Shown: positions 26,026 to 39,060 of the stretch, one piece after another | Layout: each line of letters starts with the position of its first letter | Numbering within the stretch: position 1 is the first letter of the stretch | Assembly: GCF_006345805.1 (NCBI RefSeq) | Contig: NC_043000.1 | Coordinates: 151,218,001-151,282,000 of the forward strand | Direction: 5' to 3' | DNA: 64,000 nt | Source of the DNA: Octopus sinensis | Taxonomy: Eukaryota | Made by a program: the position numbers and the translations under genes | The notes under the pieces: generated by a model | What the model was told of the DNA's origin: nothing | What the model saw: only the letters and a program-made list of their open reading frames with translations | The model's database searches: none

Positions 26026-26229
26026 TGTTATAATCCTTAAACTGTTCGTATTGTTATAACGATCACTTCGGTATACAGCATACTTAGTAAAACCAGTAAA
26101 GGCACGACTATCTCTGACCGCCTACAACGTACTCTGGTACTTCACGTACTTCTCTTTACTTTTAATCACTATGTTATTCCATTCGTCCACGCGAGAGAGG
26201 TGTACCATTATTACTAATTCCCTACAACA
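26026..26229 (-). mobile_element. 5' LTR (about 204 bp) of the truncated Gypsy element
   Basis: Minus strand starts tgttgtag and ends ataaca (TG...CA), immediately followed by the PBS. No 3' LTR seen in the window. Confidence 0.75.
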
Positions 26230-26840
26230 TATACATATCATCATCATCATCATCATTTAACGTCCGTTGTCAATGCTAGCATGGGTTGGACGGTTTGACT
26301 GGGTTGGCACGTGTCATTTTCTATGTTTTTTTTTATCATATATCTTCACATCAACTCAAGCCATCTGAGTAAAACTGAAGCGACAGAGCATGTGTAAACG
26401 GTAGTCAAATCTGATACCTATAATTCAATGTTCCACTCATGCGACATATTTATCACTGATTTTGCCCGAGAATTACGTTAAGGGTGCACGTTTTTTTTTT
26501 TTTTTCGGAATACTCACTCACTTACTCGCTGATTTAATGGACAATTAATTCAGATTACTGACATCTGAACGATCGTCTTGGGAACCGATAGAGGATCCAT
26601 CATGATAGAATGTGTGTATATGTGTTGCTTCCAGTCTATGTATGACAGTTACGCTCGAATGGGAATGCACAATACGAAAGGTAAAAAGCAAAGGAAACAA
26701 GAAAATAAAAACGCTAATCGCAAATGTAAGAAGGACAATGTATATACTAACGGATAACTCGGTTCGAAGTTTGTGATAATTGCTTTCATGGTAGCCCTCG
26801 CATTGGATGAAATTTCCAACTCCCGGTGTGACGTGTTTAA

Positions 26841-27068
26841 CCCATTAACACCCGGATTACTCTGGCAAATGTGGTGCTTATTTATTCTCATTGTTTTGAA
26901 TTAATCAAGCATTATGTCGTAGCTTCGCGATTTCTGTGATGTAGTTGTTTATATTTAGAATGATATTGTCGTCTAGGCGTGAGAGGTCGGATCTGGTCAG
27001 TTTCAAAAAAAAAAAATAGAACAGGTAGAATATTTGAGCTGGATATGGCCGGCTTAAATACAAATGAG
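26841..27068. mobile_element. TTAA-flanked MITE (piggyBac/Kolobok-type)
   Basis: ttaa|cccatt...aatgag|ttaa; degenerate short TIRs. Confidence 0.6.
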
Positions 27069-27660
27069 TTAAGGAGGATGTATATAGTATTTGTGACTGG
27101 AGTTCAGTAAGGTTAGCTGAAAATGACAGGAAAAATCGAATATAATTGTCTGAACTCAACACTGCTGTCTAACGAAAAATTCGTTATTCAAACAATTATT
27201 TCACACTTTAAAATTGTGAGCTGAACTTGATCTGATTACTTATATTGAATTAAGAGTAATGAGTCACCAGGAATCCATTGCTTTTCAGAGAATCAAAGAT
27301 ATATTGCAACAACATTGATTTGAATTAGAAAGAAAGAGTGAACTTTGGCATTCACCACTGAAATCAATATAATACAGAACCAGTCAAGTGCTGTAACACT
27401 CACCCAAAATTTTGAGCTTGTATCATTGGTATTTTTGAAGCTATTATTACATTTGATTTGCTTTTGTTTCATGCCATGGATGACAGAAATGGTGTAATGT
27501 CTGACATGTCCGCAGTCTTTAGTTGTATCGCGACAGCATCTTTCCTTTCATCTTCCCAGAATCGATAATATTTGTATCAGTCAAGTATTGGGTTCCATTA
27601 AATCAACTTTATTCCTCAATCTAAATTCGGAGAATTGTTCTTATACTACAAATAATATTA

Positions 27661-27705
<45 letters not shown>

Positions 27706-27712
27706 CATTATT

Positions 27713-28196
27713 GAGTGAGAGAGAGCAGTGCATGCCATCAAAGTGACACTGGGGTAAAAATATACGAAGCCCAGTATACCCATCATGACTAACCGTCTGA
27801 TAAGGGTACACTAGGCACATGCATCACAACCAATGTGCGCGACATGGTGATCTCATATCAAGATAAACAGCCCATGACCTTGCAGGTAGAGCCCAGTTAG
27901 AATTTTATTCTGGTCGAGTAACCCATCCCGCTCAAAAGGTCCCTGAATAAGGGCTGTTTAAGGATGTTGAACGAAACACCCATGTTTCCAAAGGTAAATT
28001 ATTTAAACTCCAAAGAATTCCTTTCAACACATGGCAATGATGCTCCCCCACTACTTCAGCTCGTGATCAGAGATGCACATATCGTCAGCCACTAAGGGAC
28101 ATGCTCAACTGGTTAAGGTCAAACAACCGACAAGCAAATCTGTGATATTGAGCAGAATATTTGCTGTAACCCATCTTTTATGCCAAGACAAAACAG
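27713..28196 (-). mobile_element. non-coding repeat family D next to (TTA)n, truncated
   Basis: Highly similar to 54615-55146; strand is inferred. Confidence 0.85.
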
Positions 28197-28237
28197 ATAA
28201 ATGTCTATAGTATGTGTTTTATATATATATATATATA

Positions 28238-28623
28238 GTGGAGGCGCAATGGCCTAGTAGTTAGGGCAGCGGACTCGCGGTCGCAGGATCGCGGTTTCGA
28301 TTCCCAGACCGGGCGTTGTGAGTGTTTATTGAGCGTAAACACCTAAAAGCTCCACAAGGCTCCGGCAGGGGATGGTGGTGATCCCTGCTGTACTCTATCA
28401 CCACAACTTTCTCTCACACTTACTTCCTGTTTCTGTTGTACCTGTATTTCAAAGGGCCGGCCTTGTCACTCTCTGTGTCACGCTGAATATCCCCGAGAAC
28501 TACGTTAAGGGTACACGTGTCTGTGGAGTGCTCAGCCACTTACACGTTAATTTCACGAGCAGGCTGTCCCGTTGATTCGGATCAACCGGAACCGTCGTCG
28601 TCGTAACCGACGGAGTGCTTCCA
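28238..28623 (+). mobile_element. tRNA-Arg-like SINE family C (OR1-like), full length, in (TA)n
   Basis: Head gtggaggcgcaatggcctagtagttagggcagcggactcgcgg...ggtttcgattccc; several near-identical copies in the window. Confidence 0.9.
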
Positions 28624-28647
28624 TATATATATATATATATATATAAC

Positions 28648-29340
28648 GGGAAGCTTTATGAAAATAAACAAAAGACGAAGGCAGGTGGAAAAACAACGAA
28701 CAATTGTATTAGTATGGCGCTCAGGAAATATAAATAAAACAAGTCTTTAACGTTTCGAGCCTACGCTCTTCAACAGAAGAAAGATACACAGAGAGAGAAA
28801 AACACAGAAGAAGGAGAGAAAAAAAATGCGTGCAGTAGCTAACGAATCAACATGGCGATCTGATTTCGGCCAGAGGTCAAAGATCAAACATGAGATGCGA
28901 GAGCGAAATAAGGGGAGATAATAGGGTTGATAAATGGGTTGAGGGACCAGCTAAAGTGTGCGTGGGAGGGGTCTGGATGTGTGTATGTATAGGGTTGGTG
29001 TATGTATTAGTATGTATAAGGGTGTGTGTGTGTGTGTGTGTGTTTGAGAGAGTATTAGTGCGTAAGATTGGTCTGGACATGCGTATGTATGGGGTTGTGT
29101 ATGTATTAGTATGTATTAGTATGTATTAGTACGTATTGGTATGTATAGGTAGTGTGTGGTGTGTGAGAGAGTATAATAAGCGTATCGGGGTCTGGACGTG
29201 TGGTATGTATAGGGTTGGTGTAAGTATTAGTATGTACTAGTATGTATTAGTACGTATTAGTATGTATTAGTTGGTTGTGTATTAGTATGGCACATCATAT
29301 GTGATGTGATGTGTAAAGTCATGTGGTGTAGTGAGGAGAA
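28648..29340 (-). mobile_element. Penelope-like fragment between (TA)n runs with a hammerhead-like motif
   Basis: Minus-strand ttgaagagcgtaggctcgaaacgtt near 28749-28773; homologous to 23610-23767; internal imperfect ~110-bp duplications. Confidence 0.55.
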
Positions 29341-29794
29341 GAATATATATATATATTTGAAAATGTTTGCTTCTCTTTTCATATCACTTTCCACAAAAGC
29401 CATTGTCATGAATGTCTTTTTTACTCTTCACAAAGAAAAACGAAAACGAAAATATACAAAATGATACATTTTTACACGCAGAAAAAAACAATTCTATTTT
29501 AACTGCAATGCAAAATATTAATAATAAGCACGAAACTAAAAGAAAGCAAACAGTTTACCTACACGAAGTAGAAATCTTGACAACAACAGTAACAACAGAA
29601 GGTAGATGCTTCGGGGGTAAACACGAACAGCAAAAGACCCATTCGCAAAAAAGTTTTTTTTTTTTTTTTATTTCTCAGAGAAAACAAAAGAAAGAAGAAA
29701 CTTCATTATGATTGAAAGCCAGGATATATTTTATCTATTGGACAGGAGCCAGCTTTCCACAATTCTTATTGCGTTATTACTTTTTTTTATTTAT

Positions 29795-29810
29795 TGCATT
29801 TCTTCTTCTT

Positions 29811-29899
<89 letters not shown>

Positions 29900-29903
29900 C
29901 ATT

Positions 29904-29935
<32 letters not shown>

Positions 29936-30044
29936 ATTATTATTATTATTATTATTATTATTATCATTATTATTTTTTTTCTCTTCTTTCAAATTGCTAC
30001 CATTTCTTGCCGAGCGTCTTCCCGACTCCTAGGGCAAATTATTA

Positions 30045-30110
<66 letters not shown>
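29795..30110. repeat. (CTT)n/(ATT)n microsatellites
   Basis: Directly visible. Confidence 0.95.
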
Positions 30111-30111
<1 letters not shown>

Positions 30112-30113
<2 letters not shown>

Positions 30114-30510
30114 CGGCGAGCTGGCAGAAACGCTAGCACGCCGGACGAAATGCGTAGCCGTATTTCGTCTGCCATTACGTTCTGAGTTCAAATTCCGCCG
30201 AGGTTGACTTTGCCTTTCATCCTTTCGGGGTCGATAAATTAAGTACCAGTTACGCACTGGGGTCGATGTAATCGGCTTAATCTGTTTGTCTGCCCTTGTT
30301 TGTCCCCTCTGTGTTTAGCCCCTTGTGGGTAGTAAAGAAATAGGTATTTCGTCTGCCGTTACGTTCTGAGTTCAATTTCCGCCGAGGTCGACTTCGCCTT
30401 TCATCCTTTCGGGGTCGATAAATTAAGTATCTCTTGAACAATGAAGCCGATGTAATCGACACATCACCTCCCCCAAAAGGGCTCTCCTTGTGGAAAAATT
30501 TTAAACCATT
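30112..30510 (+). mobile_element. SINE B dimer (long-tail unit followed by short-tail unit)
   Basis: Junction aaagaaatag|gtatttcgtctg near 30342; second unit ends ...aaaattttaaaccattatt. Confidence 0.88.
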
Positions 30511-30699
30511 ATTGTTATTATTGTTATTTTAACTATCATTCATGTTTGGAAGGAGTGAACACCTTACGTGGCTCGTAGGTGTTGTCTTATTAGTTGGTAT
30601 TCCAAATGTGGCTGTACTGTTAACTAAATAACCCAGCTCACTGCAAGCGGGGAAGCGACAGCTATTGGAATAGCTGCAATGACATTGTTTTCTGACCAC

Positions 30700-31960
30700 T
30701 TGTCAATGTGGTCGAAAGGGAAGTAAAGACAGCAGCAGCAGTAGTAGCTGTCCAAGAATTTGGACCTGGAGATCTCCATTTCCAGCGACTTCGAGGGCCA
30801 CCTCCCAGTGGTGTCGGGCGTCAACGAAGAGCCCTCGACTACAACAAGACGATCAAAGTTTTTTTTCCCAAGGTCTGGGTTCTCCTGCCCCTAAGCCCTA
30901 GACCATCACTTAATCACCCTTACCCGTCTTGTTGCTTAACAACAACAACAACAAGCAGCAGCAGTAGCATCATCAACAACAACAGTAGCAGCAACACCAG
31001 AAGCAGTAGCGACGAGCAAGATATATTTTAAAATGACGCAAACACGACCTCCTCTACCATCTCCAACACCACCACTATCATCTCGAAGAGGCGCAACCAG
31101 AAGTGGACATTTCTTTGCTGGTAGCATCCATTGTATAAAATAAAAAATCTGCAAGTCCACAAATGGGAAAGGAGAATTGGTCAGTTATGTGCATGGCACT
31201 GGGGTTACACGCCGATCTGAACAGAATCGAAACCATCCCTAACCTGATCAACCTACCTAACGGAACCCAGTTATTTGTAGCAGTAGATAGCAGACAGCCG
31301 AGGTGCTACATTTGTGATGAAACAAATTATTTAAAGGCTTCCAGTCCCATGCAAAGAAAAGGAAAAACATCGCTGCTGCAGACACCTCCAACACAACAAC
31401 AACATCATCACCATCAGTGCCAAGAGCATCAGTATCTAAAACTAAAACAACAGACAGAGCAGCAACATCAGCAACAAGCACCAATACCACACTCGAGAAA
31501 AACTATAACATTACACGTTCGCAACCAAGAGAAACCTTGCGAACACTAGTCGACCAGACCACCACCTTAGAAATGCACGACTATGCAGCCATACCTCTTT
31601 TCACTTCCACAAATTTTTCCAACTGTGAGAAAAACAGTTCTGAAAACCCAACAGAATGCAACCTGGTGAAAGGAAAAAGGAAAAAAATTACAAAACGAAA
31701 AGCGCAGTACAAGATTAAAACTATTGAGATTAGAGGAGGAGACACAGAACCCAACAAACCACCACACAGCCATGCATCCCACACCAACGCAGTTACAAAC
31801 ATTTCCAACACAACAAACGCCACCATCATCACAAACACTTCAACAAACCAAAACCCATAGCAATTCAGACCAGCAACATGAACAGCACTCCAAAGGAATC
31901 ACAAATTACGCAACCAGAGACATAAATGATAACTTAATAAAACATATTCAATATTACACA
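30700..31960 (+). mobile_element. decayed Tx1/L1-like LINE ORF1 region
   Basis: IETIPNLINLPNGTQLFVAVDSRQPRCYICDETNYLKASSP is a degenerate CCHC zinc knuckle, followed by a low-complexity T/Q-rich tail; stops and frameshifts. Confidence 0.65.
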
Positions 31961-31975
31961 GACATCATTCTAAAT

Positions 31976-32194
31976 CAGTGGTTTTCAACCAGGGTTCCGC
32001 GGAACCTTAGGGTTCCGCCAGTACAGTCCAGCGGGTCCGCAAGAAGTTACAAAACTGCTAAAATCGACTGTAATTTTTAATTCTCCTGTGCAGATATGTG
32101 TGCATAAGACTATTAAATTATTGCACAGGGGTTCCTCGAGCCAGTGGTATGTTTCCTTGGGGTTTCGCTCCAGCAAAACGTTTGAAAAGCACTG
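31976..32194. mobile_element. hAT (Charlie-like) MITE
   Basis: TIRs cagtggttttcaac / tttgaaaagcactg; perfect 8-bp TSD ttctaaat. Confidence 0.9.
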
Positions 32195-32704
32195 TTCTAA
32201 ATGAATACATCGCACCCCGGCATAACACCTCTATTCACGTAAAAATGATAAAACCAACACTACCTTATTCATGGCTAATGTTACCAGGATCCATGTATGA
32301 GGAACACTGTTAATAGTTCTAATTAATCCATTCTATGCTCAGACACTCCGCACTTCCGCGCTCATGGCTTCATTGATTAATGGTTAGTCTTAAATCAAAC
32401 GAGCTGTTGCAGTGTGCTTTTGTCCTTCTGGAAATGTTGTTTCTTCTGGATTATTATCTATTCTCTGCGATATAGCAGCAAAGTCTTTGTAATTATTAGG
32501 AAGCGGGTTATAGATCTTTAGTTTTATGGGATTGCTTTTTTTAAAAGTCATGGTTAGTGTCGTGAGTATGATTTTAGACTGCATCCAGTAGCGAGGTCTT
32601 GATTCAGGGGTTCCAGAGTTTGAGGAGTGTAGAGCCACCCCTTATCCACTAGTGTTCCCAGGCCTACTCTGACCTACAATTGTAGCACCTGTAAGGTACC
32701 CAGC

Positions 32705-33120
32705 CACGAGTTCATTAGCAAGTCGGTCGGGCAGGTGAAGCTCGTAAGTCTGGGGGAGGGTGGGTTGAGCAACCTATCTAGGGGAGGGAAAACTCCAATT
32801 TCAAATCTCCGCAGCCTTGTAGCCACATCCACACTTGTGAAAGTCTTCAGGAGTGAAGTCCGAGGAAGATCAGAAGCCTGAGCACCTGAGACAGTTCGAT
32901 GTTGTCTACAAACTTGTTCTGGCAACTCTTGCGACGATGCTGGTGCCAAATTGTAACAGCCGTGCTGTTCCTCTGGATCTCTCAGAGTCGTGGAGAGCGG
33001 GAACACGCTGCATGAGCAACAACCTGTCTTCTGTACCATACTGCTCTGGTTTGGATCCTATCGAACAAACTACACCGAAGAGACAACTAGGACCTTCATC
33101 CACGACCGTTAATGACTGAC
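32705..33120 (+). mobile_element. RTE-clade LINE 5' UTR fragment
   Basis: gcaacctatctaggggagggaaaactccaatttcaaatctccgcagccttg resembles the conserved RTE/Expander 5' UTR motif (from memory). Confidence 0.55.
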
Positions 33121-33134
33121 GGAAGCTTGAGTCA

Positions 33135-34180
33135 TGGTAAACATTTCTACAAGCACCTTATGTATTCCTGTTAAATATTTAAACCAGAAATTTGAAATCT
33201 TACCAAGTTCTTGTGTTCCTTAGTTTTCTTTATAACGTCTGAAGAACGTGCTGTTAGACATCTCGCAATTGTTGAGGCACTGTGTACATTGTTTTAAACA
33301 TTCCTCTCCATAGAGATTTGTTCCTCTGGATTTCTATTGTTTTTAAATAGTTCTTAATAAAATCGTTTTGAGTTAGAATCGAAGTGTTTTGTTCAAAGTA
33401 TACCTGGTGCCTTTTATATCATCGATTTCTCGAAGATCTCGAATACTTAATACTTAATATTCTTTCATTTCGAATATTTCTTTTTTGTTATATTTCTGAA
33501 GTTTTTATCCCCGCTTTTTTCAGTTATATTGTTTCGTTTCTGATTTTAGGTTCAATATATTTTCCCTTTTTATTTACACCGCTTTATGTTTTGTTAGTGA
33601 TAACTCCTATATAAGTTGATGTGAGAAGATGCCTTTTTTTTGTAACTGCTGTAGCTGCTACATATATTATTTCATTTAACATGGTGACATTGATGATCAT
33701 ACCTGACTAAATTTTCGTTTTTAAACTTGTTGATAATTTAATATTGAGTCTTATCATAGAGAGGTACTTTCGTTGATTCGAAGAAGTATGTTCTATTGTT
33801 TTTACATGTATATTTATTCTCCCATTCTTTAAATTATCATCTTCATGTTTTCCACTATTCGACTTTCTTATACTTTCATATTCCCTTTATTTATATTTAC
33901 GTTGTTTACTGGTTAGTATTAAGAGTATGTTCTCGGGTGTCTGTTTTGTCGTTTTGTTATATGCTTATCGCACTCATTAGAAGTATCTTTGTGATTTATG
34001 TTCGTAACCTTTACTCTATTTTTAGTGTTTTGTCGTTCATTACTTCTCCTTTTGTTATGTGTTCTTTCTGTTGAATATTCTATTTGGAGTTTTGATATTT
34101 CTTTAGTCTCCGAGAATATGTCTTTTTAAGTAAAACATAGCGTTGAGATCCAAAGTTACGTTTATGTCTGGTCAATACTC
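33135..34180 (-). mobile_element. highly decayed R4/Dong-like LINE, region upstream of RT
   Basis: Minus-strand KISNFWFKYLTGIHKVL resembles the RT domain-0 motif; purine-rich coding-like minus strand. Confidence 0.45.
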
Positions 34181-34204
34181 GCTCCAAATTTTATGCGAGT
34201 ATAT

Positions 34205-34557
34205 GGATGGAAGCACTCCGTCGGTTACGACGACGAGGGTTCCCGTTGATCCGAATCAACGGAACAGCCTGCTCGTGAAATTAACGTGTAAGTGGCTGAG
34301 CACTCCACAGATACGTGCACCCTTAACGTAGTTCTCGGGGATATTCAGCGTGACATAGAGAGTGACAAGGCCGGCCCTTTGAAATACAGGTACAAGAGAG
34401 ACAGGAAGTAAGAGTGAGAGAAAGTTGTGGTGAAAGAGTACAGCAGGGATCACCACCATCCCCTGTCGGAGCCTCGTGGAGCTTTAGGTGTTTTCGCTCA
34501 ATAAACACTCACAACGCCCGGTCCGCTGCCTTAACCACTGGGCCATTGCGCCTCCAC
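34205..34557 (-). mobile_element. SINE family C with B-box deletion
   Basis: TSD atgcgagtatat (34193-34204 / 34561-34572); lacks about 35 bp of the head including the B box. Confidence 0.9.
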
Positions 34558-35361
34558 TTGATGCGAGTATATAATCATAGTTTAAATTTTTTCCTGAAAG
34601 AGAGGGAGAGAGAGGGGGTTGGAGTGGGGGGAGAGAACTAGTATGACTGTAAAATGTGTATGTAGAATAGAAACGGATGTATATTGTGTCCATGTTTGTG
34701 TTATTTGTATTTTATTTGCAACGCTTGAGAAATGAACTGCGGTCCTTTATTTTTGATCAGCATTATTTTTTGAACGGATACTGGTTTATTTGTTAGCGGC
34801 GATGACGCTAGCTTTCGTATCTTTTATCTCTTAGATTCAAAGTGTGCAGTCACCTATTAACCTTGATCTAAATAATACGGTTTTTATGTGTATTGTTTGT
34901 CACTTCTTTGTGTAAGGCAGTCGGAATTAGTCTCTTGTTGATTTGAACCGTGCTCTATATATTGTTGACACGTGATATAAGATCGCCGACTACACTGAGC
35001 AGTCGTAACATATTGATAATAATCAGGTAAAAATCAATACATTTAACAAGTATTACTAAGTTATATTTCAGCATATCCGTCATTTTACCTTTTACTTTTT
35101 TCTCTTTTTTTTTCAATTTCATTTGCTGCTCATTAATCAGTATAACTTGATATTTTTAGGAACAATCAACGACGTTATTTCATATTAAACGGATCCCGGT
35201 ATTATTATTAGAATGAAAGGTTGACGAGTTCAAACGCCGCTTGTTTTCGACTTTACCATTCATCTCTTCGTGCTTGATAAAATACAGTACCAGTCACCTA
35301 GTAACGACTGTTTAATAGATTTGCTCTCTCCCCCAAATTTCTACCGTGTATGTATACTCTC

Positions 35362-35794
35362 TTTTTTACTCTTTTACATGTTTCAGTCATTTGACTGCGG
35401 CCATGCTGGAGCACCGTCTTTAGTCGAGCAAATCGACCCCGGGACTTATTCTTTGTAAGCTCAGTACTTATTCTATCGGTCTCTTTTGCCGAACCGCTAA
35501 GTGACGGGGACGTAAACACACCAGCATCGGTTGTCAAGCAATGCTAGGGGTACAAACACAGACACACAAACACACACACACACATACATATATATGTATA
35601 TACATATATATGTATATACATATATATGTATATACATATATACGACAGGCTTCTTTCAGTTTCCGTCTACCAAATCCACTCACAAGGCATTGGTCGGCCC
35701 GGGGCTATAGCAGAAGACACTTGCCCAAGATGCCATGCAGTGGGACTGAACCCGGATCCATATGGTTGGTTAGCAAGCTACTTACCACACAGCC
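35362..35794 (-). mobile_element. SINE family A
   Basis: Near identical to the reverse complement of 14854-15271. Confidence 0.92.
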
Positions 35795-35844
35795 AATATT
35801 AGAAATAATAATAATTCTTTCTTATATTTCTTATTTTTAGCAAA

Positions 35845-36025
35845 TATGAGGGGTGGAGAAGTCGATTCCATTGACCCCAGTTCTCAACTGGTACTTATTT
35901 TATCGATCTCGAAAGGATAAAAAGCAAAGTCGACCTCGGCGGAATTTGAACACAAAACATAAAGATGAACGAAATTCTGCTATGCATTTTGTCCGGCGTA
36001 CTAACGATTCTACCAGCTCACCGCC
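35845..36025 (-). mobile_element. SINE family B (older short-tail type)
   Basis: Head ggcggtgagctggtagaatcgttag and central Nin-like motif. Confidence 0.8.
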
Positions 36026-36026
36026 T

Positions 36027-36072
<46 letters not shown>

Positions 36073-36174
36073 CCTTCCTACTATAGGCACAGGGCCTGAA
36101 ATTTTGGGAAGGCCAAATAAGTCTTTGGGAAGGCGAAATAATTTTGGGAGTGATGGATAAGTCGAATTTTGGGA

Positions 36175-36215
<41 letters not shown>

Positions 36216-36237
36216 TAGCAACAACAACAACAACAAC

Positions 36238-36284
<47 letters not shown>

Positions 36285-36302
36285 CAAAAATAATAAATAA
36301 TA

Positions 36303-36745
36303 AATGGTATGAACACGAACCAGTGGCTGTGACAGAAAATGAGGACTACAAGGTCTTGTGGGACTTCGCCATAAAGGCTGACTATACGATTGAGGCAGGA
36401 AGACCAGACATGATTAAAGACGACAGAATAAACAGTGAAAGATCATAAATTTTGCAATTCCTTATGATAACAGAGTTGATACGAAAGAAATTGAAATAAT
36501 TGAGAAATATCGGGATCTATGAGGAAGACCAAGACAATTATTCCTGTAGCAATCGGTGCGCTTTGCACAACACTCAAAATGTTACCTAAAAGACTGAAAG
36601 AAATTGAAGTTTATGAAGATCGCATTGTCGATCTTCAGAAAAGTACCATCCTCTCTTCTACAAGAATCCTAAGAAAGATTCTTGAAATTTGAGCAGACTC
36701 GTTACCAGACTTCAAGATAAAATACCTGCTAACTAAATTTTATCA
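36303..36745 (+). mobile_element. R4/Dong-like LINE 3' fragment in (TAA)n
   Basis: WYEHEPVAVTENEDYKVLWDFAIKADYTIEAGRPDMI...EKYRDL...IPVAIGAL...LQKSTILSSTRILRKILE; both flanks (AAT)n. Confidence 0.85.
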
Positions 36746-36756
36746 TGGACTCGCAA

Positions 36757-36810
<54 letters not shown>

Positions 36811-36811
<1 letters not shown>

Positions 36812-37230
36812 TCTCGGCGAAAGAGTTTGACAAGCTCAGAAAATATAAAGACCTGCTCATTGAAATTGAGAAAATGTGGCATCTCAAGGCGGTTACAATA
36901 CCAGTGATCGTAGGAGCACTAGGAATGATCAAGAAGGGAACCGAAAATTATATGAGAATGATCCCTGGCTTACCATCCCTGCAAGAAGTGCAAAAGATTG
37001 TCTTAACTGGTACATCACACGTATTGAGAAGAGCATTGTCGATGTGAGAACTGTTGCTGCTCATGTATTTTAATTTTAATTTAACTTTAAAAAAAAAAAA
37101 AAAAAAATGAACGAACTACTGAGTTTGGTTTAATGGCCTACCAATGTATACTATGAGTTTCTTTGCCCTAGGAGTCGGGAAGACACTCGGCAAGAAATGG
37201 AAGCAAATTTGAAAGAAGAAAAAAAAAAGA
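36811..37230 (+). mobile_element. R4/Dong-like LINE 3' end (uninterrupted ORF tail plus 3' UTR) in (TAA)n
   Basis: ISAKEFDKLRKYKDLLIEIEKMWHLKAVTIPVIVGALGMIKKG...LQEVQKIVLTGTSHVLRRALSM* (stop 37047); flanked by (AAT)n. Confidence 0.88.
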
Positions 37231-37281
37231 TAACAACAACAACAATAATAATAATAATAATAATAATAAATAATAATAATA

Positions 37282-37325
<44 letters not shown>

Positions 37326-37359
37326 AATAGTTGTTGTTGTTGTTGCTGTTGTTGCTTTC

Positions 37360-39060
37360 AGTAGTTTTTAAGAGAGTTTCTGGTGAATTGTAATGTGCAC
37401 CTCAATGTTCCTAAGGTGTGTGCAGTCTTTTTTTATACGGGATGTCGAGTTCAGTATATCCACCATATAAGTTTTGCATTGTTGTGGAGTTCGTGTCTTT
37501 ATTTTAGGTGTTACGTCAATGTTTCTAGAGTGAATTGTGTTAATTTGATGTCGGTGCTTGTGTTTCATTCCTGCTGTGATTGGTTGCTATAAGTATATAT
37601 AATGGGAGTTGCGCGAGTTGTCAGTCTGGCATCGTTTATGCAAGTGTTAGTTCATTTTTATTTTATTTGGTGGCTGTTCGTGTACAGCAGTTTCTCAATC
37701 ATTTTCTACATGTGGACCACCTTTGATTTCTATTTTACTCGGATGGATCCCCATAGCCATTCAACGTTCAAAATAATCTTATTATATTTGCAAAATTAAA
37801 TATTATTAGGAATTGTATAAGAGAAATTGTTAAAATATTTTGTGAACTGTAGAAGTATAACAACTTTATTGCAGATAAATTTTCATAGCAAAATTTTATA
37901 TGGACCTCCAAGGGACATATGAACCCCGGTTGAGAACCACTGGTGTAGAGTATGTGATCTGTTATGTATCGTTCAGTGTTGATTCCACACATAGTGTGTT
38001 CGTCGGTGTTGTGTTATTTTATTTCATTGTTACTGTATAGCCCATATGTCATGTACGAAGAGTATACTTTTTCAGTTGGGTTATTTAAGTGAAAGGTTTT
38101 ACATAGGATGAACCTAACAGAACGATCTTTATTTGTTCATCCTTGTCGCTCTCGTGCTATTTTAACTTTAATACCCTTCATTTTTATTTCAGCTTTAAAA
38201 TTATTTTACTTTGACAGTTTTTCCATTTTCCTTCTGGTCACCTTTTGATAAGAATGAATCAAAATGTCTGTTAGAGTACAGTCCATGTTTATTATACCAA
38301 ACCAGTTCGTCTTAATGACATTGTCCATCTGAAGAGGCATTTTACAATTCGTTGTGATCTACTCTTCGTGTACAGTAATTGGGAAATGATTAAAACACTT
38401 GTTTGTTTTCACGTCGAAGCATCGACATATTGCCCCGTGGACATAGCTGGTCAAGTCTATTAATGTATTCAGATTGGAAAGCGGGTGATAATGTGGTCAA
38501 TTGTCTCGTTACACTTGTTGCAATCGGAACTTCATATTGGTGTCTATGTTATTTCATTTTTGTTGTTTGTGGATAGACGTCGGTTCTGTGTAGATAAAAC
38601 CATGCGCTCTGTTTTTGTTTTTAGCTCCGAGTCTTTGAGCAATTGCTTGCTTTTATCTTACCTTTCTTCCTTTCTGTCGTGTTTTACAGAAATATGTTAC
38701 TCTCCATTTTTCTTTAATATATTTTAGAAATCCGTTTCGATCTGGTATTTTTTAATTGTGCATTTTCTATAATTGCTCATCTCTCCAACAGCTGCTCTTA
38801 TCAGCCATACATCACTCTCCGACATCGTTTCTGCTTCACTGCTTCCCGAATAGCAACCAGCCTGTTGTACAGTATGGATGTAAAGATTGTGTATGGTATT
38901 GCCAGGCTATAATTCTATAAGTCTATAATTTTGGGGGACTCTGATATTTTTGCTTGAGGAATTAATATTTTAATTTTCCTGTATCTATTCAGGTGTTGGT
39001 TCTGGGCAGCTTACCAGTTCACTGAATGATATTACCATACGTCCACTGGTCCACTTCTTC
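37360..39060 (-). mobile_element. fragmented old R4/Dong-like LINE (RT remnant to 3' UTR)
   Basis: Minus-strand remnants PQNYRL...YTIFTSILYNRL (RT) and LKDSELKTKTE; 3' UTR resembles that at 39245-39560. Confidence 0.5.
37688..37942 (-). mobile_element. hAT MITE
   Basis: TIRs cagtttctcaa / ttgagaaccactg; TSD gtgtacag / gtgtagag. Confidence 0.75.

Noticed and set aside
24235-26033. Repeat-protein ORFs (SSLLIPRESLKFT)n
   Set aside because: Non-ATG starts, antisense to the host element; openness follows from the 39-bp unit. The sense open frame has no ATG and stops at about 24178, out of frame with the gag ATG.
28238-28310. tRNA-Arg gene (also heads at 44668, 61608, 63176)
   Set aside because: These are tRNA-derived SINE heads continuing into a shared body with TSDs; no proper acceptor stem or terminator.
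32705-32800. HDV-like ribozyme at the RTE 5' end
   Set aside because: Known for some RTE elements, but I could not assemble the double pseudoknot from this copy.
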